A stretch of 64,000 nucleotides of DNA. It comes from the human T2T-CHM13v2.0 reference genome, Homo sapiens. Of the stretch, positions 26,758 through 44,700 are shown one piece after another. The notes under the pieces were generated by a model. The model was not told where the DNA came from. It made no database searches and saw only the letters and a list, made by a program, of their open reading frames with translations. Position 1 is the stretch's first letter. Each line of letters starts with the position of its first letter. The translations under genes and the position numbers were made by a program. The stretch lies in NCBI RefSeq assembly GCF_009914755.1, contig NC_060926.1; one strand, given 5' to 3'.

Positions 26758-29011
26758 TGCATTAGTCCCTTTTAACACTGCTGTGAAGACATACCCGAGA
26801 CCAGGTAATTTATAAAGGAAAGAGGTTTAATTGACTCACAGTTCAGCATGGTTGAGAAGGCCTCAGGAAACTTACAATCATGGTGGAAGGGGAAGCAAAC
26901 ACATCCTTCTTCACATGGTGGCAGGAAAAAGTGTGAGTGCCCAGTGAAGGAAGAAGCTCCTTATAAAACCATCAAATCTCATGAGAACTCACTCACTCTC
27001 ATGAGAATAGGATGAGGGAAACCACCCCCATGATTCAATTATCTCCATCTGGTCCTTCCCATGACATGTGGAGTTTATGGGAACTACAATTCAAGATGAG
27101 ATTTGGGTGGGGACACAGCCAAACCATATCAATCTACCCCGACCCTTCCCAAATCTCATGTCCTAACATTTCAAAACACAATCATGCCTTTCCAACTGTC
27201 CCCCAAAGTCTTAACTCATTCCAGCATTAAATCAAAAATCCAAGCCCAAAGTGTCATCTGAGACAAGGTAGGTCCCTTCTGCCTATGAGCTTGTAAAATC
27301 AAAACCAAGTTAGTTACTTCCTAGATACAATAGGGGTACAGGCATTGGGTAAATACACCAATTCCAAATGGGCCAAACAAAGAGGCTACAGACCCCATGC
27401 AAGTCTGAAATCCAAAAGGGCAGTCATTAAACCTTAATTTCTAAAATGATCTCCTTTGACCCCATGTCTCACATCCGGGTCACACTGATGCAAGAGGTGG
27501 GCTCCCACAGCCTTGGACAGCTCTGCCTCTACGGCTTTGCAGGATACAGCCCCACTCCTGGCTGCTTTCAGCCAGTGTTAGGTGTCTGTGGCTTTTCCAG
27601 GCACACAACGCAAGGTGTTGGAGGATCTACCATTTAGGGGTCTGGAGGATGGCGTCCCTCTTCTCACAGCTCCACCAGGCAGTAGCCCAATGGGGACTTT
27701 GTGTGGGGGCTTCCACCTCACATTTCCCTTCTGCACTGACCTAGCAAAAGTTCCCTGTGAGGGCTCTGCCCCTGCAGCACACATCTGCCTGGACATCCAG
27801 GTGTCTCCATACATCCTCTGAAGTCTAGGGAGAGGTTCCCAAACCTCAATTCTTGACTTCTGTGCACCCACAGGCTCCACACCACATGGAAGCTGTCAAG
27901 GCTTGAGACTTTCCCCCTCTGAAGCTATGGCCCAAGCTGTACCTTAGTCCCTTTTAGCCATGGCTGGGACAGCTGAGACTCAGGGCACCAAGTCCCTAGG
28001 CTGCACACAGAAGAGGGGCCCTGGGCCTAGCCTAGGAAACCATTTTTCCCTTTTAGGCCTCCAGGCCTGTGATGGGAGGGGTTGCCATGAAGGTCTCTGA
28101 CATGCCCTGAAGACATTTTCCCCATTGTCTTGGTGATTCACATTTGGCTCCTTGTTACTTATGCAAATTTCTGCAACAGGCTTGAATTTATTTCCAGAAA
28201 ATGGTGTTTTCTTTTATATCATATTGTCAAGCTACAAATTTTCCAAATTTTTATGCTCTGCTTCCTCTTGAACACTTTGCTGCTTAAAAATTTCTTCTGC
28301 CAAATACCCTAAATTATCTCTCTCAAGTTCAAAGTTTCACAGATCTCTAGGGCAGGGGCAAAATGCTGCCAGTCTCTTTGCATAGCAAGAGTGACCTTTA
28401 CTCCAGTTCCCAACAAGTTCCCCATCTCCATCTAAGAGCACCTCAGCCTGGACTTCATTGTCCATATTACTATCACCATTGTCATCAGAGCCATTCAACA
28501 AGTCTCCAGGAATTTCTGAAACTTTCCACATTTTCTTATCGTCTTTTGAGTCCTCCAAACTTCCAACCTCTGCCTGTTACTCAGTTCCAAAGTTGCTTCC
28601 ACATTCTTGGGTACCTTTACAGCAGAACCCCACCACCTGATACCAATTTACTGTATTAGTCCGTTCTCACACTGCTATAAAGACACACCCAAGACTGCTA
28701 ATTTGTAAAGGAAAGAGGTTTAATTGACTCACAGTTCAGCATGGCTGGGGAGGCCTCAGGAAACTTACAATCATGGTGGAAGAGGAAGCAAACACATCCT
28801 TCTTCACATGGCAGCAGGGAGAAGAAGTGTGAGTGCCCAGTGAAGAAGGAAGTCCCTTATAAAACCATCAGATCTCATAAGAACTAACTCACCACCATGA
28901 AAACATGATAAACCACCCCCCATGATTCAACTATCTCTACCTGGTCACTCCCATAACATGTGGGGATTATGGGAACTACGCTTCGAGATGAGATTTCGTT
29001 GGGGACACAAC
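26758..29011 (-). mobile_element. THE1 (THE1D-like) MaLR element with both LTRs and internal region
   Basis: LTRs at 26758-27131 and 28652-29011 (the latter clipped by about 12 bp); internal 27132-28651 with THE1-int fragments (DSNMDNEVQAEV, NWSKGHSCYAKRLAAFCPCPRDL). Confidence 0.92.
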
Positions 29012-29054
29012 TTTGTTCTCTTTTTTGTATTTCACCAACAGCAGAACATTAACT

Positions 29055-29057
<3 letters not shown>

Positions 29058-29105
<48 letters not shown>
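29058..29105. repeat. (AC)~24 microsatellite
   Basis: Perfect dinucleotide run. Confidence 0.97.
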
Positions 29106-29107
<2 letters not shown>

Positions 29108-29606
29108 TGATCCAAAATCCCTTTAATGAAAAAACCCAGCACTTCCCAAGAAGAATGTGTTATATGGTGTGAACCACTGACTCTCTGAGTCCTTTCACTG
29201 TCCTTTATTAAATGTTTATCATCAATATATGATATAAAAACATGAATTTTGTTCCTCATCATAAAAATTACCCAAGTTATATAGCCCTAGAGCACGAAAT
29301 CAAAAGGATCAGAGAAAGAAAATGCTGCTTGTTATACCAAAATCATCATTGCCCAAGTGGGTTCCCACTACCATCAGCTGCCAAGTCCACACAATACATG
29401 AGTCTTATAACACAAATATGGAACATTAATATAAAAAAATACATATTTGTGGATCAGGTAGTCATGTTTTACACAATAATCTGCAATTTTAATTAAAGTT
29501 GGCATATTTCTGCTGCTATGATTTAAAAGATTAACTAAGTTGGACAAGGTCTCAGATCTTTAACTACATCCAACCTGTTTGTGATTTTTGGCACTCTGCA
29601 TTTTAG

Positions 29607-29830
29607 GTGTGTTATGAAGATGACAATGTGCCAGTCATCCAAGCTGTCAAATGCCTGCTAAAATCTGTTCAGAGCCAAACTCATTTGCACTCAGATGAAC
29701 ACTTCTCAAGAAGCAATTGCTTAAATACCTACAGTTTGAGGTGCCACTCACGGCTAATAAAACAAATTTTACAACATGCCCAGAATGATTTTTCCTGAAG
29801 TGCTGAAATAATTCCATAGAATAAACCAAG
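29607..29830 (+). other. Candidate non-coding exon (224 nt)
   Basis: Acceptor ctctgcattttag|G at 29606/29607 and donor AAG|GTAAAG at 29830/29831 in unique sequence. Confidence 0.3.
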
Positions 29831-30576
29831 GTAAAGAATTATAGGAGTTATTAGTACTATAATTTTAATGTATCAAACGTTCACAGAATAAAGCATTGGG
29901 TTTGGACATGTATACAATTACGTGGTTTAAAACATTTTTTGAAACAACTTAACATTATTTTGAAACATAATATTAAAAATATGTCCTCCTTTTGGTGGGA
30001 AGGACACTTTCACACACTGCTAGTAGGAATTTAAATTGATACAAATTTCTGACAAATATTTCTTGGATATCCATTAAAGTGTTTTACTGCTTGTATACTT
30101 TAATCCACAAATCCCAGAAGCAGGGCCTACCTAGGTAAAGAAGGGGATGAATGTGGTAAAAGAGCCTTTAAGGCAGAGGGACCCTCATCTGCAAACTATG
30201 AAATTACAAAAAGTCTAAATATTTTTTCTAGAACCATTAATACAAGAAGGTCTCTGGCACTCAGGGGCTCAGTGCTCACAATTGGGGCTCTTTCAAGAAA
30301 TCATGAAGTTGTTGTGGAATAGTCTGCCATGTGCTCAGGTATTACCGTATCTGAATGGGTAGGGGGCTTAAGAACATATCTCTGCCACTGATTGTGTCAA
30401 AGATTGTCTTTCATGTAGTAATCTTCATTAGGGATTTATGGGATTATTCCTATTTTGGGTTATACTTCACTTTATTTTTAAGGGGGAACATTATATGCTA
30501 TGGTGGTATTTTGAAAATTGATCCATGGTTTTCTTTAGGAACACGAAGGGTCTAGACTAGTTTGATATGGAGTATG

Positions 30577-30624
30577 TCTCTCTCTCTGTCTCTCTCTCTC
30601 TCTCTGTCTCTGTGTGTGTGTGTG

Positions 30625-30668
<44 letters not shown>

Positions 30669-30669
30669 A
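30577..30669. repeat. Compound microsatellite (TC)n(TG)7(TC)n(AC)13
   Basis: Read directly from the sequence. Confidence 0.95.
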
Positions 30670-31323
30670 AGCATAGATTATTTTGGATAGAAAATAAAGT
30701 ACCTTACAGATAAAACCTTATTTTATGTGGGTGGAGGAGGAGTAATCTGTTTCTTAATATATCCATCAGTATATGCTAAATTATGCTGAGAGAATCAGCA
30801 CAAGGAAATATCAGCAGCTTAAAATAACAGGTGATTGCACACTTTTATTATATCTCAGTGAGCACAGGGGTGGGGAAAATGTAATGAAGCCCTCCCTGGC
30901 TCTTACGACTTTTGCATGGAAGTAACACGTGATTTGCCCTTTCATATTGCATAGGCCAAAGAGAGTCACTTGGTCATTCTTCAATTCAAAGAGGTGGGGT
31001 GTTTCATTCTTCTACAGGATCTTAATATTTATAAACAATTACATAGACTGCCATTTTTAGTATTATGAAATGTTTGTCTCGCTGCTTTAAAAAATTAATT
31101 ATAGCCTAACATGGCCGTATCTCCTAATGGTTGAAAAGTGCCTCCAAAGTAGACATGCATGACCAAGAATGGATGTGGACTTAAAGCGAAAGGAACGATT
31201 AAGCCGGGGGCCTGTGCTGTTGATGAAGGCAGCTCTATGGGCCCACAGTTCAGTTAATGACAATGACTGGTAAGGTAGATGGTTAGCATCTGAAGAGAGA
31301 AGCCTCAAAAGAGGACAATTTTT

Positions 31324-31739
<416 letters not shown>

Positions 31740-32117
31740 CTAGGAAAAGCTAAAGACCAAGGAGAAAGTTTATTTACCATGGAGCAGAGGCTTCAGTGGG
31801 CAGAGTGGATAGTGTTGGGAGAAGGGCAGTGACAGAAGGATGGGCAGTGAGAACATGCCGAGTCCGGGGGGACAGAGCTAAAATGAACAGATGACCAGAG
31901 GCTGGCATTCAGAGCACAGCTGAGTCTGCTCAAAGAGAGAGGTTTGGAGCAATTAGCTGGCCCCAAGGGTCCAGGTGGAAACCCAGGACCAAGTGTGGTT
32001 TTCAGTCCTACACAGGCTGAGGTCACAGAAGATCTCATAAACCTGAGGGAGCTGGAAGATGCTGAGCCCAACACAGTCCTAGACTCCTAGACTGACATAG
32101 GTCACAGGATATTTTCT

Positions 32118-32438
32118 TTTCTTTATTTGATTTAATTTTATTTTATTTTTTGAGACAGATTCTTGCTGTGTCACCCAGGCTGGATTGCAGTGGTGTGATC
32201 TCGGCTTACCAAGACCTCCACCTCCCAGGCCCAAGTGATTCTGGGACCCCAGCCTTCTGAATAGCTGGGATTACAGGCATGCACCACCAGGCCTGACTGA
32301 TTTGTTTTTTGTATTTCTAGTAGAAACGGGGTTTCACCATGTTGGCCACGCTGGTCTCAAACTCCTGGCCTCAGGTGATCTTCTGCCTCGGCCTCCTAAA
32401 GTCCTAGGATTATAGGCGTGAGCCACCGTGCCCAGCCA
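32118..32438 (-). mobile_element. AluS (Sx/Sz-like)
   Basis: Full dimer; imperfect TSD g(g/a)tcaca(g/t)gatattttct at 32100-32117 and 32439-32456. Confidence 0.9.
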
Positions 32439-33359
32439 GATCACATGATATTTTCTTACTCATCCCACAAATAAAGACTAGGCCCTGAACACACTGGGGA
32501 AAGCAAGAAAATCCCTCAGCTAATGACAATTAAACTGTCTCTCGAAATTTCATTTTACTTTGCTCTTTCAATCTAACTCAATTATATCCATATTTTATCT
32601 CTGCAAAAGAATTTTCTATCAGCATCTTAAAAGCTTCATAGAAAAAAGTATAAGGAGAGAATTGGGGGAAAGCTAATTTAAGAAAGAAAAGCAATTTCAA
32701 GGTTAGGGAACATGGCAGAGGAAAAGATAGAAATAAAAGTGAGAAACAAAAATGTAAAAATTGAAAGATTCATACATTGGGTAAAAGTGTTAAAAAGAGG
32801 AGGTAAAAAATTTTTTAAGTTTTGACCACTAAAAGCAGTTGCAGAAACTTCAAGGAGAGAAATAGTGTGATTGTTATGGAGGATATAGCTGAAAATTAAC
32901 ATCATCAAGAGCTACTTTATTTTATCCTCTGTTTTTAATCTATGGAGAATTAAAGATATTATTATGTGGAGTGTTCCTTTTTTTCTTTAGTTATAGTATG
33001 ATCTCTTTTGAACAAAATATCTCCCTCCCAATTGCATTAGCTGGTCAAATGCAACTGAATATTTCCTTCAGGACTTTGATGAATGGCATCTTTTGTATAA
33101 CTCCACAGCTCTCAATGCCAACGACACAAACAAACATCCCTCCTTTACCAACATTTAGGAAACTAAATTATAACATGTTTGTCATGAAAGACAAAGCTGT
33201 ATTTAGTTGTTTTTATCTTCTTGTAAAATTTAATATTCAGATGGTAAAAATATTCATTTACTTGTGAAATATCATACAATAGCTCCTTTATGATCCAGAA
33301 ATAATTTTATTTCTGAAAACTGTTAAAAGTATAGACTTTCAATCATGTACTCTACATTA

Positions 33360-33780
33360 ATTTAGCAGATATTCAGAGGCCACATACCACATGTCAGGCA
33401 CTGTTGTAGGCACTGGGGATATGTGATAGAGAATAAAAACAAAAAGAAGATCCCTCTCTTCTTTCTATTTACATTGTAGTGAAGGAAATAAATATAAGCA
33501 AGATTAAAATGTGAAAAATATAGTGTTAGTGATACTTGGTAAGGGAAAGATAAAAATGAAGAAGAAAAGAGGGATGAGAAAGAAAGGGCTGAAACTTCAG
33601 ATACTGGGTGCCCAGGGAAATAAATAATCACATGGGGAAGGTGACTTTTGAATAAAATCCTGGAGGGAATGAGGGAATATGTCAGGTAGATATCTGGAGA
33701 AAGAGCATTCCAGGAAAGAAACAGCAAGTGCAAAGGCCCTGGATAGAAGCCTGCCTGGTGGGTTGAAAAACAGTGATCGG
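33360..33780 (-). mobile_element. L2 3' region interrupted by L1 (continues at about 40022-40310)
   Basis: tgtcaggcactgttgtaggcactggggatat, aagagcattccagg...acagcaagtgcaaaggccctg; resumes after the L1 with caggatgactctggcttctgt. Confidence 0.75.
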
Positions 33781-34813
33781 GGGTGGCAGCCAAGATGGCT
33801 GAATAGGAACAGCTCCGGTCTACAGCTCCCAGCGTGAGCGATGCAGAAGACGGGAGATTTCTGCATTTCCATCTGAGGTACTGGGTTCATCTCACTAGGG
33901 AGTGCCAGACAGTGGGTGCAGGTCAGTGGGTGCAGTGCACCGTGCACGAGCCAAAGCAGGGTGAGGCATTGCCTCACTCAGGAAGCACAAGGGGTCAGGG
34001 AGTTCCCTTTCCTAGTCAAAGAAAAGGGTGACAGACAGCACCTGGAAAATCAGGTCACTCCCACCCTAATACTGCGCTTTTCTGACGGGCTTAAAAAACT
34101 GTGCACCAGGAGATTATATCCCGCACCTGGCTGGGAGGGTCCTACGACCAGGGAGTCTCTCTGATTGCTAGCACAGCAGTCTGAGATCAAACTGCAAGGT
34201 GGCAGCAAGGCTGGGGGAGGGGCGCCCGCCATTGCCCAGGCTTGCTTAGGTAAACAAAGCAGCGGGGAATCTCGAACTGGGTAGAGCCCACCACAGCTCA
34301 AGGAGGCCTGCCTGCCTCTGTAGGCTCCACCTCTGGGGGCAGGGCACAGACAAACAAAAAGACAGCAGTAACCTCTGCAGACTTAAATGTCCCTGTCTGA
34401 CAGCTTTGAAGAGAGCAGTGGTTCTCCCAGCACGCAGCTGGAGATCTGAGAACGGGCAGACTGCCTCCTCAAGTGGGTCCCTGACCCCTGACCCCTGAGC
34501 AGGCTAACTGGGAGGCACCCCCTAGTAGGGGCAGACTGACACCTCACACGGCTGGGTACTCCTCTAAGACAAAACTTCCAGAGGAACGATCAGACAGCAG
34601 CATTTGCAGTTCACGAAAATCCGCTGTTCTGCAGCCACTGCTGCTGATACCCAGGCAAACGGTCTGGAGTGGACCTCTAGCAAACTCCAACAGAACTGCA
34701 GCTGAGGGTCCTGTCTGTTAGAAGGAAAACTAACAAACAGAAAGGACATCCACACCAAAAACCCATCTGTACATCACCATCATCAAAGACCAAAAGTAGA
34801 TAAAACCACAAAG

Positions 34814-35826
34814 ATGGGGAAAAAACAGCAGAAAAACTGGAAACCCTAAAAAGTAGGGCACCTCTCCTCCTCCAAAGGAACGCAGTTCCTCACCAGCAAA
34901 GGAACAAAGCTGGATGGAGAATGACTTTGACGAGTTGAGAGAAGAAGGCTTCAGACGATCAAACTACTCCGAGCTACAGGAGGAAATTCAAACCAAAGGC
35001 AAAGAAGTTAAAAACTTTGAAAAAAATTTACAGGAATATATAACTAGAATAACCAATACAGAGAAGTGCTTAAAGGAGCTGATAGAGCTGAAAGCCAAGG
35101 CTTGAGAACTACATGAAGAATGCAGAAGCCTCAGGAACCAATGCGATCAACTGGAAGAAAGGGTATCAGTGATGGAAGATGAAATGAATGAAATGAAGCG
35201 AGAAGGGAAGTTTAGAGAAAAAAGAATAAAAAGAAATGAACAAAGCCTCCAAGAAATATGGGACTATGTGAAAAGACCAAATCTACGTCTGATTGGTGTA
35301 CCTGAAAGTGACGGGGAGAATGGAACCAAGTTGGAAAACACTCTGCAGGATACTATCCAGGAGAACTTCCCCAACCTAGCAAGGCAGGCCAACATTCAAA
35401 TTCAGGAAATACAGAGAATGCCACAAAGATACTCCTCGAGAAGAGCACCTCCAAGACACATAATTGTCAGATTCACCAAAGTTGAAATGAAGGAAAAAAT
35501 GTTAAGGGCAGCCAGAGAGAAAGGTCGGTTACCCACAAAGGGAAGCCCATCAGACTAACAGCAGATCTCTCAGCAGAAACTCTACAAGCCAGAAGAGAGT
35601 GGGGGCCAATATTCAATATTCTTAAAGAAAAGAATTTTCAACCCAGAATTTCATATCCAGCCAAACTAAGCTTCATAAGTGAAGTGAAATAAAATCCTTT
35701 ACAGACAAGCAAATGCTGAGAGATTTTGTCACCACCAGGCCTGCCCTAAAAGAGCTCCTGAAGGAAGCGCTAAACATGGAAAGGAACAACCGGTACCAGC
35801 CACTGTAAAATCATGACAAAATGTAA
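34814..35826 (+). pseudogene. L1 ORF1p, disrupted
   Basis: ATG at 34814; fragments MENDFDELREEGFRRSNYSEL and RPNLRLIGVPE; several stops and frameshifts. Confidence 0.92.
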
Positions 35827-35889
35827 AAACCATCGAGACTAGGAAGAAACTGCATCAACTAACGAGAAAAGTAACCAGCTAACATCATA

Positions 35890-39761
<3,872 letters not shown>

Positions 39762-40324
39762 ACAATGAGAACACATGGACACAGGAAGGGGAACATCACA
39801 CTCTGGGGACTGTTTTGGTGTGGGGGGAGGGGGGAGGGATAGCATTAGGAGATATACCTAATGCTAAATGACGAGTTAATGGGTGCAGCACACCAGCATG
39901 GCACATGTATACATATGTAACTAACCTGCACATTGTGTACATGTACCCTAAAACTTAAAGTATAATAATAATAAAATAAAATAAAATAAAATAAAATAAA
40001 ATAAAGAAATACAGTGATCGGACTCTTTGGCTAAAGCAGAGAGAAACAAGAGAGAGTAACAGAAGATGAGTTCAGAAACAGAAAAGAACCTGGAACTTAG
40101 ATCACACGAGTCCTTATAAAAGTAGGCATGCTGCCTTCCGAGTGAGATCAGAAACCAGTAGTGGAAGCACGACGTGATCTAACATGTGTTTTTCAGGATG
40201 ACTCTGGCTTCTGTATTCAGAATAAACTTCAGGAGAACAGGGCAAGAAGCAGAAAAAATAGTTCGGATGACTATAGCTATAATCTAAGCATGAGATGATG
40301 ATGGTTGAATTTTTTTAATATATT

Positions 40325-41370
40325 CAGGCAATCTTTGGTTTGAATATACTGCAGAACAGTAAACATGACTGTACAACTTAATAAATAATCTCATCCTAAT
40401 AATCAATAGGAATAATTATGATTATTCTACAACCTTTAAAATTTTTCTCAAAACATTAAAAACTCTCTGTCAGTTAAAATGTATAGGGAAATGAAATACT
40501 AAAAACTACTAAAACTATTATTTATGAGAACACAGTAAATTGAAACACTAGAAAAAAATAGTGTTTTATTTCTTTGTAAAAAAAAAATAACAAGAGTGGT
40601 TTGAACAGTTCTTGCCTTTTTAAAATTGCCATATAACATACAATAATGAGCAACCTCTTTCCTATATACCTTGGTGAATTATCATACTTCTATCTAAATT
40701 TGTGTCAACTTCCAACATTTAATGTTTGTACTTTCAACATCATGAAATACTTCTGAGAGTTTCTTTAATGTGCAGTTAATTTCTCTGTAATTTCCTCTGG
40801 GGCATCTTCATCCTTTTTAGCGCAACTACTTTCTTCATTTTTGTTGGTAAGTCCATCTGAATGAAGGAAGTCCTTCTGGCTACAAATCTAGAGTCTCTTG
40901 AAGTATGGTAGCACTTACATTCCCATGGATAAGTATTTCTTCTATAACTCCATTTACATTTGATTTGCATTTCACTTCCACCATTATTATCATTTTGGGT
41001 TTTTTTTTTTTTTGCCACACTTTCATCTTTATGGGTCAATTTCTTCTTTCAATTACACATTTTTGTAAAATGTCATATCTATTTATCACTAAGAGACAAG
41101 GAGTCAACACAACTGCACACTTTGCTGGGCATAAGAGATGTGCTATGATGAGTCACTGACAAGCTCTGAAAGAAGTCACATGATTGATCATTGATTATGA
41201 TGAGCAGCTATTATTTTTGTAGAGATTTACGAACTGAAGAGTTAGTATTACTCAGTTAATATATTGTGGTAACTGAAATTTGAACCATGTTTTTGGTGAA
41301 CTGGTATTATTTAACTAAACTGTGGTAACTGAAATTCAAGCCTACCAACCACAAAGTGAGGATTCCCTAT
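40325..41370 (-). mobile_element. Ancient Tigger element (Tigger13a-like)
   Basis: Degenerate TIRs caggcaatctttggtttg and caaagtgaggattccct; repeated tgtggtaactgaaatt; minus-strand transposase C-terminal remnant at about 40620-40870. Confidence 0.6.
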
Positions 41371-41569
41371 ATTATGAAGACAGAGGCAGAGACAACAGGA
41401 TTTTTTGGAAGGTGGGATGTGGAGTGGAGTACCATGTCACAGATGCAGTTTTACATTTGCTGGTGATATTGATTATCTAATATTGACTGTCCCTCCTGAT
41501 AGCAAGCTCTGTGAAGGCAAGTACCACACTTATCTTTGTTCACCATTACACAGTTGATGTTGCACTTTT

Positions 41570-41750
41570 CTAAATAGTGTCTAAGTTTCACAACAACCCC
41601 AAGCAGCAGGTATCATCTCATTTTGCAGATGAAGAAACTGAAGCTCAGAGAAGTTAAGTAACTTAACACCATTTCACACAACTAGTGAGTGACAGATTGG
41701 GACTCAAATTCATATCTTCTGAAGTCCAATCCTCTTTCCTTTGAACCACC
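41570..41750 (-). mobile_element. MIR
   Basis: cattttgcagatgaagaaactgaagctcagagaagttaagtaactt...gggactcaaattca. Confidence 0.8.
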
Positions 41751-44700
41751 ACTCCTCCCTAATAAAAATATAGTCCTATAAAGTTTTGCTCTGGAAACCA
41801 TAGCACCATGTTTCCTATGCCATAATCAACTATCATATGAAAGCTGTAGAATATAAATGACAGCAGAAATAAGGCAAATACAGTGTATTTAAATCTCCTG
41901 TCTGTATAAATATCCTACAAGTTTCCATTTAAATTCTGTTCTTAACCTCATGACAAGGATTTATAAAAAGACAAAATCTGGCAACTACATTGACTGAAGG
42001 CCAAAGAGCACATCCTACTCTTCAAGGAATTTCCAATATCTCTGCAAACAATAAGGATGAGTTAAGAAGTACATTCCTGACTTCCTCAGACTTTAATCTG
42101 TGAATCAGAACGTTAAGAACAGGTACCTGCAGGGTAGAAACGGTTTTGCCTCACATCACTGAGCACACCCAACCCAAAGATGTCTGGGTTCATTTACCTG
42201 AAATCCACCTCTGTTCTCCAAAGCAATTATTTTCTAATCAATCAACATCTTTCTCTTTCTTCACCACTTCCAAGGCTTTTCTTTTTCCATTTGCATCCAG
42301 ATACCATTCCTCTCAAGATCCAACAGTACCACTAATCAAATGCACAGTGCAATTTGAGACAAACTTGTTGATCCCCACATAATGACTAAAGAGACTATTG
42401 TCTTGGCTATTTTCACATCCAGGTTAGTCTGTCAGAATGTAAAATCACTGCTTTGTTACTAGCATATTATTATTTTAGCAAGGTAGATGCTTAACAGACA
42501 TAACCACTCCAATTAAGGGACACTTTCACTCCTTTTTCATTCTGATATGACATAAATTTTTTACAAGTATATATTACTTTTAGAACTAACAGTAATTTTT
42601 TAAGTGTCATAACTAAGTTAACTTTTAAAGATATGAAAATAGCTCTTAAATGATTATACAATAGCCTAAAGAATTCAATTAAATATATATATAATATTGA
42701 ATACTAAAAGATCTGATGGGAAAAGAGATGTGACAATGTCCTGTACAACCTGGAGCTGAGAATAAGATTATAATGTAACACAAATATCCCTTCCCTTACA
42801 GTCATTTTATAATAAATGCCCAATCAAAATTAAAACTTTATGTAAAATGAAACAAATTGATATCACCTCTGGCTGAAGAAAAAATAAGATACTTCCAACT
42901 TGGGGAAAATTTCCCCTATTTATATGATCAATAGGAGTTAAGAAATGCATTTCTGAATTATTCAAACTCTGCTTTGGGAACTGTAATCAAGAACACTACC
43001 AAAAGCAGAAGATTCCTTTAAATTTTCCAATGGAAAAATATGTGCCATCATTAAGCTGATAAATGCATGTATTATTTAAAATTAAATGAGTATGACTGTT
43101 GCTACTTTAACAAAAAAATGAGAGGATTTGATATGCATATTATGTAGGATACTAGAAAAGGAGCAAATATTTTGCTTAGACTGGTTCTGAAAAAAAAAGG
43201 TTGTTATTGAGTAGACATATGAGTCTGGGTTTTGTACAATTTGCTTCTGCATGTTGTCTGACACCCACCTCATCCCCCACTATATGTGCCAACCCTAGCC
43301 CATCCCAACCTCCCTTATCCTCAGACTTAATTTTTATCAATTTCATGTCTTTCCCAGAAGTTGACATGCTCTGGTCCAAGGTAAGGATGTCCATTTCAAA
43401 CATCACTTACCAACTTTCCTTGGAAATCGAGATTTTAATTGTTTCTTTGTTTATGCAACACCAAAATTGACCCAGCAGTCAAAATATCTATGTCAGTTAT
43501 GTAGGTAAAATGGAAGATTGAACATATGCCTATAATTTTTCTCCCTTCCACTAAAAATGGCAATAAAGGGATTTTTGCTTTTAAAGACATAAATCTCAAC
43601 GTATGAGTAGAACAGGAGAGGATACAACTTCAACCACATTTGTGGAAAGGGAAAGCAGATGAACCAGTGGTAACTAACAGGAAACTGGAAGAAGATGAAT
43701 CCTAATCTAGTAATGTGGGAAGCCTGAATGTGTTCACAGACTCCTCCAAAGACTCAGATATCAGAAGGACTAAGTGCTCCCAGAAATGGGGTGCTAACAT
43801 AAGGAAAATTGGTTAAGAGCAGTTTAAGGAACAAATACCAAATCCCCTCTTCTACTCTATGAAGTTGGGCAAATTCTCCCCCATCACCAGGCAGAACACC
43901 ATGAGTTTATTCTGTGGATATTAATCTTAGGTTGATACTCTTAAACATAAGTGAGCTACCAAGATCTACAGACAGCAGAGAAAACCTTATAATGTGAATA
44001 ATTGAGAACAAGAAAACAGAAAAAAAAAATGCAAAGGAAACAAAGACTGCAGGGAAAAAAAAAAAACCTTAAGAAAAACACAACAATCCTAGAGAAAGAA
44101 GAGCATTGATAAGATGCTATAAAAAGGAGCATTCAAAGAACAAAAGAAAGAGTATGGAATTGAAAACATGAGAGCTTCAATTTTTTTAACTCAATAGATT
44201 TATTAGGAAATAAAATTTAGAAAAAGGTTAGAAAAATCTCCCAGAAAGCAGAGGAAAGAAAAATGAGAAGAGGAGAGAAAAAAAAATAAGGAAGCTTGCA
44301 TGTTTAAAGTCTTTCTTATTAAATTCACATGCTTTAAAATTTCAAATTGTACTAAAATATTTGTAACATAAAATTATCTATTTCCTACCCACTTTTTTCT
44401 ACTCCCTGCTTGGTAATTTCAGAAGCAGTCATTTTGATTCTTTCAGCTGTTTCTTTTGACATTTACCTAACTTTAAATGTTTAAATAGTATGTGTATTTG
44501 CTATTCTTAGATACATGAATGTTGAGCATTATCTAATTACTTCCTATTATGGTAGTTTAGCACTTTACTCTCTTAGACTCCCATTGCCTCTGCTTTCCCT
44601 CCTCTATGATTCCAATTCAGTTGTAGTCATTTTTAGATTAAATCAATACTCAGTAAAGTCTGTGTAGATATTACTCACAGCTGAGCATTGTACTATGATT

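Noticed and set aside
29607-29798. 63-aa ORF in the candidate exon as coding sequence
   Set aside because: No recognisable domain; it stops before the donor and has no ATG start
40776-41039. Lysine-rich 87-aa minus-strand ORF
   Set aside because: Lies in a decayed Tigger element; out-of-frame transposase remnant
41255-41337. Repeated tgtggtaactgaaatt as another repair scar
   Set aside because: Probably a native subterminal repeat of the Tigger element
43186-43415. Cluster of strong splice-like motifs on both strands (e.g. AAG|GTAAGG at 43380)
   Set aside because: Would give only a 23- or 56-nt exon or conflicting strands; not distinguishable from chance without RNA data
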